A stretch of DNA of 64,000 bases. It comes from Candidatus Poribacteria bacterium (GTDB lineage Bacteria; Poribacteria; WGA-4E; WGA-3G). Positions within the stretch are counted from its first letter, which is position 1. The number at the start of each line of letters is the position of its first letter. The notes beneath the pieces are model-generated. The model did not search any database and had not been told where the DNA came from. It was given only the letters and a program-made list of their open reading frames with translations. A program made the position numbers and the translations under genes. Below are positions 39,088-48,900 of this stretch, piece after piece. Location: positions 608,001-672,000 of the forward strand of contig OZ243938.1 of the NCBI GenBank assembly GCA_965214095.1, given 5' to 3'.

Positions 39088-40539
39088 TCACATAGGACCA
39101 ACGCGTTCAGGCCCCCTATCCATAGCAAACATTGAGGCATCAAAACTTCTTTTCAATAAATCATATTTTATATCTTGTTTCTCTTGCAATTCCCAGAGAT
39201 TATTGAACTCATCCGCATCCTCAACTAAATCGTAGAGTTCACCCGCTTCATGTCCGTGGTATACTACTAACTTATAACGTTTATCTCGGTACATTGTTGC
39301 GTAGGAATGATCCCGGCTATCCAATGCATCATAGTATTCACAACGTACAAAGTCACGATGATGATTAGCATCCGATTCACCTTTGAGAACTGATAACAAT
39401 GATCGTCCATGCATCTCATCTGGAACAGACAATCCTGCCAATTCCAACAGTGTTGGCACTTTGTCAACAAGTTCAACAAGGGCATCACTTTTCAAACCAC
39501 TCTCAAAATTATCTGGATAGGAGAAAATCAATGGTACTCTGACCAAACCTTCATAAAAACGACATCCTTTTTGAATAAGACCGTGATCCCCTAACATCTC
39601 ACCATGATCACTTGTGAATATGATTACAGTGTTTTCTCGTTGTCCTGTTTCGTCAAGTACATCCAACATTCGTCCTAACTGATCATCAATCAGTTTAATC
39701 ATCGCATAATATGCTGCAATAAACGTCTTGGCATCTCTTTTACCAACTGTGCCGTCACGTTTCGTCCCTGGTGATCGAGGTAGTATTGGATTACGAATGT
39801 CAAGTTCATCTGGTGTTCTGACTTTTGATTGGAAATCTATTTTTTCCAATCTTTGCTGTTGTTCTAAATCACTCTCTTTGAATAGCGGTTCAGGCATCTC
39901 ATCAGAATTAAACTGTTCGCGGTATGTCTGTGGTGGATTGAATGGTGGATGTGGGTCATATATGTTAACACTCGCAAGCCAAGGACCATCACGTTCCTCC
40001 CGGATAAAATCTATCGTTTTTTCCGCACACCAAGTTGTTTGGTGTAATTCTGCAGGAACACCTTCAGGGTTCTTGGTTAACTCCCCAAGAATATACCCTT
40101 TTGAACGAACCCAATCGGCATAATCGTGACCTTCTTTCCAATCATCTCGTGGGGCATGACTGTATTGCCAATAACGGTAACCATCGTTCGCCCGCGGTTC
40201 TATTCTACCATAAGCACTCGCAAGATGTAATTTTCCTATCAGTCCACAATCGTAACCTATGTCTGCAAGTGTACGCGTAATCAGAGGATATGTCTCAGGA
40301 TAATAAGCGTTCCCATTGCCATTAACATGCGTTGCACTCGGATACATCCCTGTCAAGAAACTGGAACGACTCGGTGTACATATCGGACTTTGACAATAGG
40401 CATGTGTAAAGGCTACACCCTCTGCAACTAAACTATCTATATTCGGTGTTGAGACATAAGGATTGCCTAATGCACCTATAGTATCGTAACGTTGTTGGTC
40501 TGTGCAAATCCAAAGGATATTTGGCTTTTCAATAGGCAT
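39088..40539 (-). CDS. Formylglycine-dependent sulfatase (choline-sulfatase-like)
   Basis: KPNILWICTDQQR, CTPSRSSFLTG, GKLH, TSDHGEMLGDHG. Confidence 0.93.
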   Translation of the reverse strand: MPIEKPNILWICTDQQRYDTIGALGNPYVSTPNIDSLVAEGVAFTHAYCQSPICTPSRSSFLTGMYPSATHVNGNGNAYYPETYPLITRTLADIGYDCGLIGKLHLASAYGRIEPRANDGYRYWQYSHAPRDDWKEGHDYADWVRSKGYILGELTKNPEGVPAELHQTTWCAEKTIDFIREERDGPWLASVNIYDPHPPFNPPQTYREQFNSDEMPEPLFKESDLEQQQRLEKIDFQSKVRTPDELDIRNPILPRSPGTKRDGTVGKRDAKTFIAAYYAMIKLIDDQLGRMLDVLDETGQRENTVIIFTSDHGEMLGDHGLIQKGCRFYEGLVRVPLIFSYPDNFESGLKSDALVELVDKVPTLLELAGLSVPDEMHGRSLLSVLKGESDANHHRDFVRCEYYDALDSRDHSYATMYRDKRYKLVVYHGHEAGELYDLVEDADEFNNLWELQEKQDIKYDLLKRSFDASMFAMDRGPERVGPM

Positions 40540-40549
40540 CTATGTACGT

Positions 40550-42241
40550 CTACTTTGCGGTAGCAGTAAAACCCACTGTTTTAACGACATCTGTGAGTTC
40601 GTCAACTTTTGTTGTGTTCTTACGAACCTTAATAACTGCTTGATCAGGGAGAGAAACTTCGGCACTAATAACGTTCTGATGTTTTGTAAGTGCATCCTGC
40701 ACTTTTGCTACACACGCACTTCATGTCATACCCGATACTGTCAATACCACCTCTTCGCTGGCAGTTGTTTCTATTGGCACGGACATAAACATTTTCAGTT
40801 GACTACCTGAGTTTGCATCAAAGATACGAATTTTGCCATCAAAACCGCCTGCAGCAAGTTGTGTGCCATCTGGATGAAAAGCAAGTGCAAAAACTGATAC
40901 GGTATCACCTTGCATTGATGCCAACCGTTTCCCATCTGCTACATTGTATATACGTGCTTCTCCAGAAGAACTACCCGTAGCAAATTTGCTTCCATCTGCA
41001 GAAAAGGCAACAGACTTAATTGCCCCAGACTGCGCTTCGTAAGCACGAATGAGATTGAAGTCTGTGTTACCAACATCTCTACGAGTTTGACGGAACATTC
41101 TATAAAGTCTTGGAATTCGGTCTTCTCCTACACTTAACACCTGGTCTTCATTAGGATGCCGTGCAATTGCGTTGATTTCTCCGTAACCTTTGTTACTTGA
41201 ATTTACATCGTCTACAAAAGAACCTGTATCAACTTCAACCAATTTCAGGGCAGTATCACGACTACAACTTACAAAATGCGATCCATCAGTAGAAAATACA
41301 GTACCGAACACCCAATCACCATGATTGTCAAATTTAACAAGTTCCTTCTCGTCCGCTACAGAGATTACACGCACAGTCTTATCAGAAGAACCTATAGCAA
41401 CACGGGACACATCTGGTGAAAATGAGAGTCCATAAATTGTGTCATAAGTTGAACGGATTGCTTTGTTAAGTGTGTTCGTTGCAGTATCCCAAAGCTGTAT
41501 TTCTCCAAATTGTGCAGGAGAACCGCCAGCAACCCCAAGTGTTTTACCGCCATCCGCATAGACAATTGATGTTATGCGACGGGCTTTTCCAACATATCGC
41601 GCTTTGATCTCAAAGGTCTTGGAATCATACAATAAGACTTCATTAACACCTGACACAGCGAGTGTCGTTCCATCAGGTGAAAAAGCAAGTGCTGAAACAA
41701 CTGGTGGCACTGTGTATACAGGAAGTTCGCCATCCATTGCATCTGCATTCTCTGGAGTATCATCCTTCGCTCCCTCAAGAATCCATCGTCTGAATAAATC
41801 TATCTCTTCTTTGGTGAGTGGGTCTTGATTCTGTGGCATAGCAGGTGGATCCCCAGAAATAAGTTCAATGAGTAAACTTTCATCCGGTTTGCCTACAATG
41901 ATGGCTTCTCCTGCCATTCCACCCCGTTTGAGCTCAGCATAAGTCGTTACTATCAAATCTGCATTTGGATCACCAGGGTGATGACAACCTTGGCAGCTAC
42001 GTTTTAGGATCGGTACAATCTGTGTATGGTAACTAACCGGTTTCTCTTTATCGTGACCGTCTGCCATAACGGAAGGATTCCAAAGTAAAAAACTGATTAA
42101 AATTAGACCAAAATAAGATATAAACTTCATACTTGATATACTCATTTTTGTATCACTCCCTAAGATCACACAATCTGCAACATTTGAGATTATTAACACA
42201 ACTTTGCGGTAATTATACAACAATTCCAACTTATAATTCAA
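40550..42241 (-). CDS. Planctomycete cytochrome c (PSCyt1) + WD40 propeller + C-terminal HMA domain with U-x-x-C; predicted selenoprotein
   Basis: CQGCH and WD repeats. The track stops at TGA 40721-40723 inside VVLTVSGMT*, but the frame continues SACVAKVQDALTKHQNVISAEVSLPDQAVIKVRKNTTKVDELTDVVKTVGFTATAK to TAG 40550. Real start is probably MSISSMK or MKFISYF. Confidence 0.88.
40685..40720 (-). promoter_or_regulatory. Putative bacterial SECIS element
   Basis: After the UGA: UGUA..AAGUGCA-GGA-UGCACUU-ACA, a perfect 7-bp upper stem with a G-first loop 23 nt from the UGA. Confidence 0.7.
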
Positions 42242-42258
42242 GAAAAAGTGATTCAGGG

Positions 42259-42478
42259 CAGGGTTATTTAGTTATAGGTTTATCTTGTGTTTTTTTCACA
42301 AATGCTAAATGCCTCAAGCTGGTAGGTGCGGTTTCCTAACCGCACCGAATTTGTGCGAAAACCTTTCATAGTCATTATTCTTGTAGGTTCCAGTGCGGTT
42401 AGGAAACCGCACCTACCGGCCTGGGATTAACTTTCAGTAATCTCTATTTTGGAAAATACCGAAAACTAAATAACCCTG
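42259..42478. mobile_element. MITE with CAGGGTTATTTAGTT terminal inverted repeats and 9-bp TSD, carrying a REP doublet
   Basis: 15-bp TIRs; GATTCAGGG direct repeat on both flanks. Confidence 0.85.
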
Positions 42479-42486
42479 GATTCAGG

Positions 42487-42551
42487 GGGTGTGTAAAGTT
42501 CTTGGCACTACAATGGTGACTGGGATATTTTGCCAAAAACTTTACACACCC
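42487..42551. mobile_element. 65-bp MITE with GGGTGTGTAAAGTT TIRs
   Basis: Inverted ends; flanks GATTCAGG and GATTCAGA (8-bp TSD, one mismatch). Confidence 0.7.
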
Positions 42552-42590
42552 GATTCAGATCAAATAACAAATATTTGGAAGATAATAATT

Positions 42591-42923
42591 TAGGGTTATT
42601 TATAGTAAAATCTGAAATTAACAATACACTTTACATTTAGAAAAACGCGTTTGTAGTCGCGCAATTCATTGCGCCTCTTACATTGTATGAATATGCAATT
42701 GGGACAATATGTTTCATTAATTGTCCGTTTTACTATAGTTTTCGGTTTTTCTGCTATATTTTTCACATTTCAATATAACAGCCTGTAGGTCGGGTAGAGG
42801 CACGAAACCCGACTTTATTGATGATAAATGGTTACATGTCGGGTTTCGTGCCTCTACCCGACCTACGATATAAACTCTTAGTAACATTCATCAATTGAAA
42901 ATTATTAAAACTAAATAACCCTG
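42591..42923. mobile_element. Second (C/T)AGGGTTATTTAG MITE with 9-bp TSD, containing a nested TA-inserted MITE (42603-42735) and a REPIN
   Basis: ATAATAATT on both flanks; left TIR interrupted at TA by a TAGTAAAA..TTTTACTA element with TA duplicated. Confidence 0.85.
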
Positions 42924-42940
42924 ATAATAATTTGTGTAAC

Positions 42941-42969
42941 TTGACATTTCATATTTAACGTATTACTAT
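42941..42969 (+). promoter_or_regulatory. sigma70-like promoter upstream of the metal-binding protein gene
   Basis: TTGACA-17 nt-TACTAT. Confidence 0.55.
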
Positions 42970-42974
42970 ATACA

Positions 42975-43100
42975 TAAGCAATATTAAATAATAATCTTCC
43001 GATTTTTTTTCGGCAGATGACGACACCGAGTTCGTAGGGGCGGGGTTTCCCCGCCCGATATCAATGGACAATGTGCATATTTAATATTGAAACTTGCTTA
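42975..43100. mobile_element. MITE-like shell with REP GTAGGGGCGGGGTTTCCCCGCCC
   Basis: TAAGCAA..TTGCTTA ends; GTAG hairpin at 43034. Confidence 0.55.
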
Positions 43101-43196
43101 ATCATTGCTCATGCGAAAACTTGTTTCCACAACATTAGAAATCCAAAATTTACAAATTTATTGTCCAAATACAAAAATTAAGAAGGAGTTAAGTAT

Positions 43197-44162
43197 TTGA
43201 GATCACGTAATTTAAGAAAGCACCTAAGTTTGTTAATGTTGTTCATACTAATTATTGTAACTGGATGCCATGATAAAGTAGATGTTGATCATAAATCCGA
43301 TAGGAAATTGAACGTCGTCTCTACAATTGGTATGATTACTGATATAGTTGAAAATGTAGGACGAGATAGAATAGACATTACAGGTATTATCGGGGAAGGT
43401 GTTGACCCACACCACTACAAACCAACGGCAAGAGACACTGAAATTATGAAGGACGCAGATATTATCTTCTATAATGGATTACATCTTGAAGTTAGAATAA
43501 CCGGATCAGTCTTTAAAAAAATGGATGATAAAACGAAAGCAATCGCTGTAACAGATGGAATAAATCGTTCACAACTTCGGAAAACATCGGAGTTTATAGG
43601 TGGATATGACCCACATGTATGGCATGATGTCTCTTTGTGGATGAAGGCAACAGAAAAAATTCAAGACACATTAATAAAGAGAGATCCACAAAATGCTGAA
43701 TATTATCGTGCCAATGCAAAATATTACTTGACGCAGTTAGATTCTTTGCACTATGAGATGCAAAGACTTTCAGCACTGATACCAATAAAGCGACGGGTGC
43801 TTATAACAACTCATGATGCATTTGGTTATCTTGGAAAAGCCTACGGTTTTGAAGTGCGCGGTTTACTAGGTATAAATACGGAAGATGAAGTAAGCATTGC
43901 TGATGTTAGAGATCTCGCAGAATACATTATTGAAAATAGAATCTCAACTATGTTTGTTGAGACTTCCTCCCCGCCACGTGGTATCTTTGCTGTTCAAGCA
44001 GCTGTGAAGGCAAGAGGTTTCAACGTTAAAATTGGTGGTGGATTGTTTTCGGATGCAATGGGTACGCCCGGCACAACTGAAGGTACTTATATCGGGATGA
44101 TGCGACACAACATAAACATCATAGTAAGCATGCTTCAAACAGAGTTAGCATATCATGAGTAA
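43197..44162 (+). CDS. Zn/Mn ABC transporter substrate-binding lipoprotein (TroA/MntA-like)
   Basis: Lipobox VTGC; GVDPHHYKP, YNGLHLE, DPHVW, HDAFGY, LFSDAMG. Confidence 0.92.
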   Translation: MRSRNLRKHLSLLMLFILIIVTGCHDKVDVDHKSDRKLNVVSTIGMITDIVENVGRDRIDITGIIGEGVDPHHYKPTARDTEIMKDADIIFYNGLHLEVRITGSVFKKMDDKTKAIAVTDGINRSQLRKTSEFIGGYDPHVWHDVSLWMKATEKIQDTLIKRDPQNAEYYRANAKYYLTQLDSLHYEMQRLSALIPIKRRVLITTHDAFGYLGKAYGFEVRGLLGINTEDEVSIADVRDLAEYIIENRISTMFVETSSPPRGIFAVQAAVKARGFNVKIGGGLFSDAMGTPGTTEGTYIGMMRHNINIIVSMLQTELAYHE

Positions 44163-44208
44163 TTGGTTGTTATAGTTCATAGAATTTCGTATCAAATTTA
44201 CTACTTTG

Positions 44209-44236
44209 AAAGACGGGTTACTATGCCCGTCTTTTT
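44209..44236 (+). terminator. Rho-independent terminator
   Basis: AAAGACGGGT-loop-GCCCGTCTTTTT. Confidence 0.7.
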
Positions 44237-44305
44237 GATTCCTATTCAAACAAATTTAGATTGTACAATTGACATTTGCTGAATAGACCTGAAATGTCTT
44301 TTTCG

Positions 44306-44334
44306 TTGACTTCTTTCGAAATATCAGTTATACT
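44306..44334 (+). promoter_or_regulatory. sigma70-like promoter of the yceI-like gene
   Basis: TTGACT-17 nt-TATACT. Confidence 0.55.
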
Positions 44335-44394
44335 GAAATTATATTTAATCCTATTTGAAAACAAGACTATAACTATTTATAAAGAGGTATCCTG

Positions 44395-45012
44395 ATGATT
44401 ATCTGGTTTAGACGACACTGGCATGTTTCATTTATTGGACTTTTGGTATTAGGAATATTTATCATATCTTTTAATCAACAGTCAGAATCCCAAAATACTG
44501 AGAAAACATATAATATTGACTCTGTCCATTCATCCGTACTTTTCCGAGCGAAACACATGGGAGTTGCTTACAATTACGGCAGATTCAACGAATTCTCAGG
44601 TAATATCGTATTGGATGATACTGATATATCCAAAAGTAAAGTTGAATTTGAAGTGAAAAGTGCAAGTGTTGACACTGCAAATGCCAAACGTGACCAACAT
44701 CTAAGAAGTTCAGACTTCTTTAGTGTAAAACAGTTCCCAGTTATTACTTTCAAAAGCACAAATGTCAGTACCAAGGCTGAACAAGAAAATATGTTGGAAG
44801 TTACAGGAGAACTCAATCTGCACGGTGTGAAGAAATCAATAACCATTGATGTTGAAATAACGGGTAAGAAGTCTATCCCACAAACTGGTGAAGTAATCGG
44901 TTTTCATACAATCTTTGACATAAAACGGAGTGAATACGGAATTAATTTTGCAATGGACGGTGTCAATGATGACATCCAAATAATTATCAGTGTTGAAGCA
45001 GCAAATAAATAG
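44395..45012 (+). CDS. YceI family protein
   Basis: IDSVHSSVLF..KHMG..GRF, SVDT..KRDQHLRSSDFF, GELNLHGV. Confidence 0.93.
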   Translation: MIIWFRRHWHVSFIGLLVLGIFIISFNQQSESQNTEKTYNIDSVHSSVLFRAKHMGVAYNYGRFNEFSGNIVLDDTDISKSKVEFEVKSASVDTANAKRDQHLRSSDFFSVKQFPVITFKSTNVSTKAEQENMLEVTGELNLHGVKKSITIDVEITGKKSIPQTGEVIGFHTIFDIKRSEYGINFAMDGVNDDIQIIISVEAANK

Positions 45013-45059
45013 AAATGCATAATGTGTATTGAGTATTTCGTTAAAGAGGAATAATATGC

Positions 45060-45962
45060 GTGCCAACTCTTAATCAGTTGTTTTTCAGATTGATAATTCC
45101 TGCTATCGTTTGTGGTGGAATATACATTGCAGCCATATTCATACGGACGCGTTCAGAAAACAAAAAACATCTATTATGGTCAACTGCTGTTGCAATTGCA
45201 ATAGCATACATTATTGGTTACATCAGCATAGAACGTACAATTACATTTCTTCCAAGAGAAGGTATACATTGGTTATTCTATCTCACTTTATTTGCACTTT
45301 TCAGTAGTACTTATTGGGATTCTGAAGGATTACGACGAACAATTTCACAGGGACTCTATTCTATTATAATACCACGGATTTTGTTAGACGCACTTTTTAG
45401 ACATACATGGGGTACTTTTCAAGAAATAATCTGGTGGATATCCTTGTCTGTGGGAATATTTGTTTTTTGGAATATAGTAAAACAGAGTTTTTCGGATAGT
45501 CCATCAGTTAGTTCTGTTCCGTTAGTATATTTTGTTCTATCTGGTGGAACTGCATTGATATTAGCGTTAACAGGAAGTCTTAGGTTAGCACAACATGCAG
45601 GTATATTAACAGCAAGTCTCGCAGCAGTATGGATCATTACGCTTACCTTACAATATAGGATGCAAGTAGATAGCGAAATAAATCTCTTTGAATTCCCACA
45701 GAGTCTATCTCCATTGCTTGTTTTCTTATTCGTTGCTATCTGGATGAACGGATATTTTTACGGTGAAACGCCATTCATTTGTGTCCTACTGTTGGCGATT
45801 TCACCCACTTTCACACTGATGGGAAAATTAAATATATTTAGCGGATTAATGAGCAAAAAACCGGTATTGATACAAGTTGGACTTATAGTGCTGTGTATTG
45901 GTATAGCAGTCGCAATAGCAGTTGTTCGTTCCGGACTATTCGGTGAAGACACATACTACTAA
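45060..45962 (+). CDS. Integral membrane protein, unknown function
   Basis: 300 aa with about 9-10 hydrophobic segments. Confidence 0.7.
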   Translation: MPTLNQLFFRLIIPAIVCGGIYIAAIFIRTRSENKKHLLWSTAVAIAIAYIIGYISIERTITFLPREGIHWLFYLTLFALFSSTYWDSEGLRRTISQGLYSIIIPRILLDALFRHTWGTFQEIIWWISLSVGIFVFWNIVKQSFSDSPSVSSVPLVYFVLSGGTALILALTGSLRLAQHAGILTASLAAVWIITLTLQYRMQVDSEINLFEFPQSLSPLLVFLFVAIWMNGYFYGETPFICVLLLAISPTFTLMGKLNIFSGLMSKKPVLIQVGLIVLCIGIAVAIAVVRSGLFGEDTYY

Positions 45963-45965
45963 CTT

Positions 45966-48900
45966 ATGGAGGAGAAAAGAATGCAATTTAAGTATAACAA
46001 GAACTCATATAGAAACTGGATAAAACGAACTGCTTTATTTCCCTATGTATTTATTCTCAGCATAATGCTTCTCATCAATGGTTGTGTTAAGATGGAAGCG
46101 ACGCGTAAAGCAGATTGGGAGACAAACTTCACGGATCTTCACTTTGTGAACGTTAATAAAGGATGGATCGTTGGTCTTGGCGGCACAATAGTACATACAG
46201 CTGACGGTGGAAAAACTTGGGCAAAACAGGAAGTAAATACAACAGGTGATTTTAAAGCGGTCTATTTTGCTAATGAAAATGATGGGTGGGCGGTAGGAAC
46301 AGATGGATTGATTGCTACTACCGATGATGGCGGAAGATTCTGGAGCCTACAAAAGAGTGGAACTTCTGCTATGCTTCGCGATGTATTCTTTGCTAACGGT
46401 AAGGAAGGATGGGTTGTTGGTGAGGATTCTGATGTATTATACACCTACAACGCTGGAAAATCTTGGGGTAGACTTGAAGCTGTCAGTGAATTTCCTCTCA
46501 ACGGTGTCTGGTTCGTGGACAATGATAGAGGTTGGGTTGTGGGAACGTATGATAGAATTTTCCATACAAAAACCGGTGGAGAATCTTGGAACGAACAGAG
46601 CAATCGCTTTGAAGGTGAACGCGACAGACTAATAAATGATAACAAAAAAGTATTCTTTATAAGTAACAATGAAGGTTGGATTGCCGGGAGTGACGGTTCC
46701 ATTTTCCATACTACATCTGGCGGAGTCAGTTGGGAGAAACAAGATAGTCGTATACCACTGATTAATGGACACGTCAGAGAAACTATTAACAGTATCCATT
46801 TCGTAGACAAAAACTACGGTATCGCAGTTGCTGATATAGGTTTCATCACACGCACTGAGGATGGTGGAGACAACTGGCAGTTGATGGAGAGCAGCATTGA
46901 GAATAACCTTACGGGTGTGCAGTTCACTTCAAGAAATGAAGCATGGGCTGTCGGATGGTCAGGGACTATCATGCACTCAGAAGATTCAGGTAAGACTTGG
47001 GAAATGGTCAGTGGAACCACAGCAAATGACCTACAAAACGTTCAGTTTACAGATGCAAATCGGGCAATCGCTATCGGTGAACGCGGCACAATGGCAGTAA
47101 CAAATGATGGTGGAGAAACGTGGAAGGAATTGGACAACGAAATATGGGATGGAATCTGGAATATCTATTTTGCAACCGACAAACACGGCTGGGCAGTAGG
47201 GGAACGCGGACTCATAATTCATTCCAATGACGGTGGTACAAACTGGGAACCGCAACGCGCACCAGCACCTTTTGCTCTTCGCGCAGTCCATTTCATCAGC
47301 GAGAATGTCGGTTGGATCGTCGGAGATATGGGAACCATCATTCATACTATTGACGGAGGAAACATCTGGCTACCGCAAATACCTATTGGTGATTTTCTCT
47401 CTGTCATGCTAAAGGGAGTCTTCTTCCTTGATGAGAAAACTGGTTGGGCAATCGGGTGGCCGGGTGTATGCATTGCAACAAAAGATGGTGGTTTGTCATG
47501 GCAACAACAATCTACTGATACATTCAATGAACTCTACGGTGTCTATTTCATTGATGAAAATACAGGCTGGATTGTTGGACAATTTGGTGAGATTTTACAT
47601 ACGAAAAATGGTGGGAAGGATTGGAATATCCAACATAGTGGCACACAAGAAAACTTAAACAAACTCTATTTTGCCGATGCACAACACGGTTTGATCGTCG
47701 GAGATAACGGAATTATGCTCACCACTGTGAACGGTGGAAAAAAATGGGAACTTCAAGATAGTGGCACGGAAAATGACCTTTATGGATTGGCTCTTTCACC
47801 GGATGGAGTAGTCGCAGTTGGTAAAGGTGGAATCGCAATGCGATACTCCGTTGACAATATGAAAATACCAGCGAAACTGCCTCCTACCGCTACAGAACCA
47901 GAGGTCGTCGTTGTGGATGAGGAAAAACCTGTTGTGCCAGTAGTTTATCATTGGGATATAATTCGTCAAGCAACTTGGCGGACAGATTTTTCTGATACTC
48001 ATTTTGTAGACGCAAATACTGGATGGGCAGTAGGTTCTGCAGGAGCTATCGCACACACCAAAGATGGTGGTAAAACTTGGTTACCACAACATAGTGGAGT
48101 TAGCGTGAATTTACGAGATGTAGAATTTACTGACCATCAAAATGGACGTATTCTTGCATCTAATATGATACTCCAGACAGACAACGGTGGAGAAACATGG
48201 AAACCGATGGTTAAGACAACACAACAGAACTTGCCACGTATCAGCATGATGAAATTCATCAATAAAGATGTTGGTTGGCTTGGTGCGTCAATAGGACAAG
48301 TCTTACATACAACAGACGGTGGAAAAACGTGGCAAGTCCAGAAGACAGGCACGACAAACGCAAATATCACAGACCTTCACTTCATCAATGCATTGGAAGG
48401 ATGGGCAATTGCACCACAACGACGTGATGGCGGATTTGTTCTACAGACAGTAGATGGTGGAAAATATTGGAAAATACAGTCAAAAACCAACCAGTCTGGA
48501 ACTGCAATCCATTTTTCAGATGCAAAAAATGGCTGGGTCATTCTGGGCAATGGCAACTCTTTGCTCTCAAATGATGGCGGAGAAACTTGGAAACTGCAAA
48601 TTACAAAACAGAGTCCAGGTAGATTACGTCGTATTACATTCCGTTCCCATACAAGTGCATGGGGAATTGGTGGTGGAGGCGCGTTTATCACCGAAGATCA
48701 GGGATTGAATTGGCAACAAATTCCTGTTTCAACAGGAAACCAAATGATAGCGATGCGTCAACCACCTCCTGAAACTCCAGAACAATCAGACACCGATGAA
48801 GAAAACAAAGATCAAGAAACAGCTGCAACAGAAGAATTTAACCCGTTTGATTCACTACAAAGACAATTAAGTCAGCAAAGACAACAACCAGGAAACCTTG

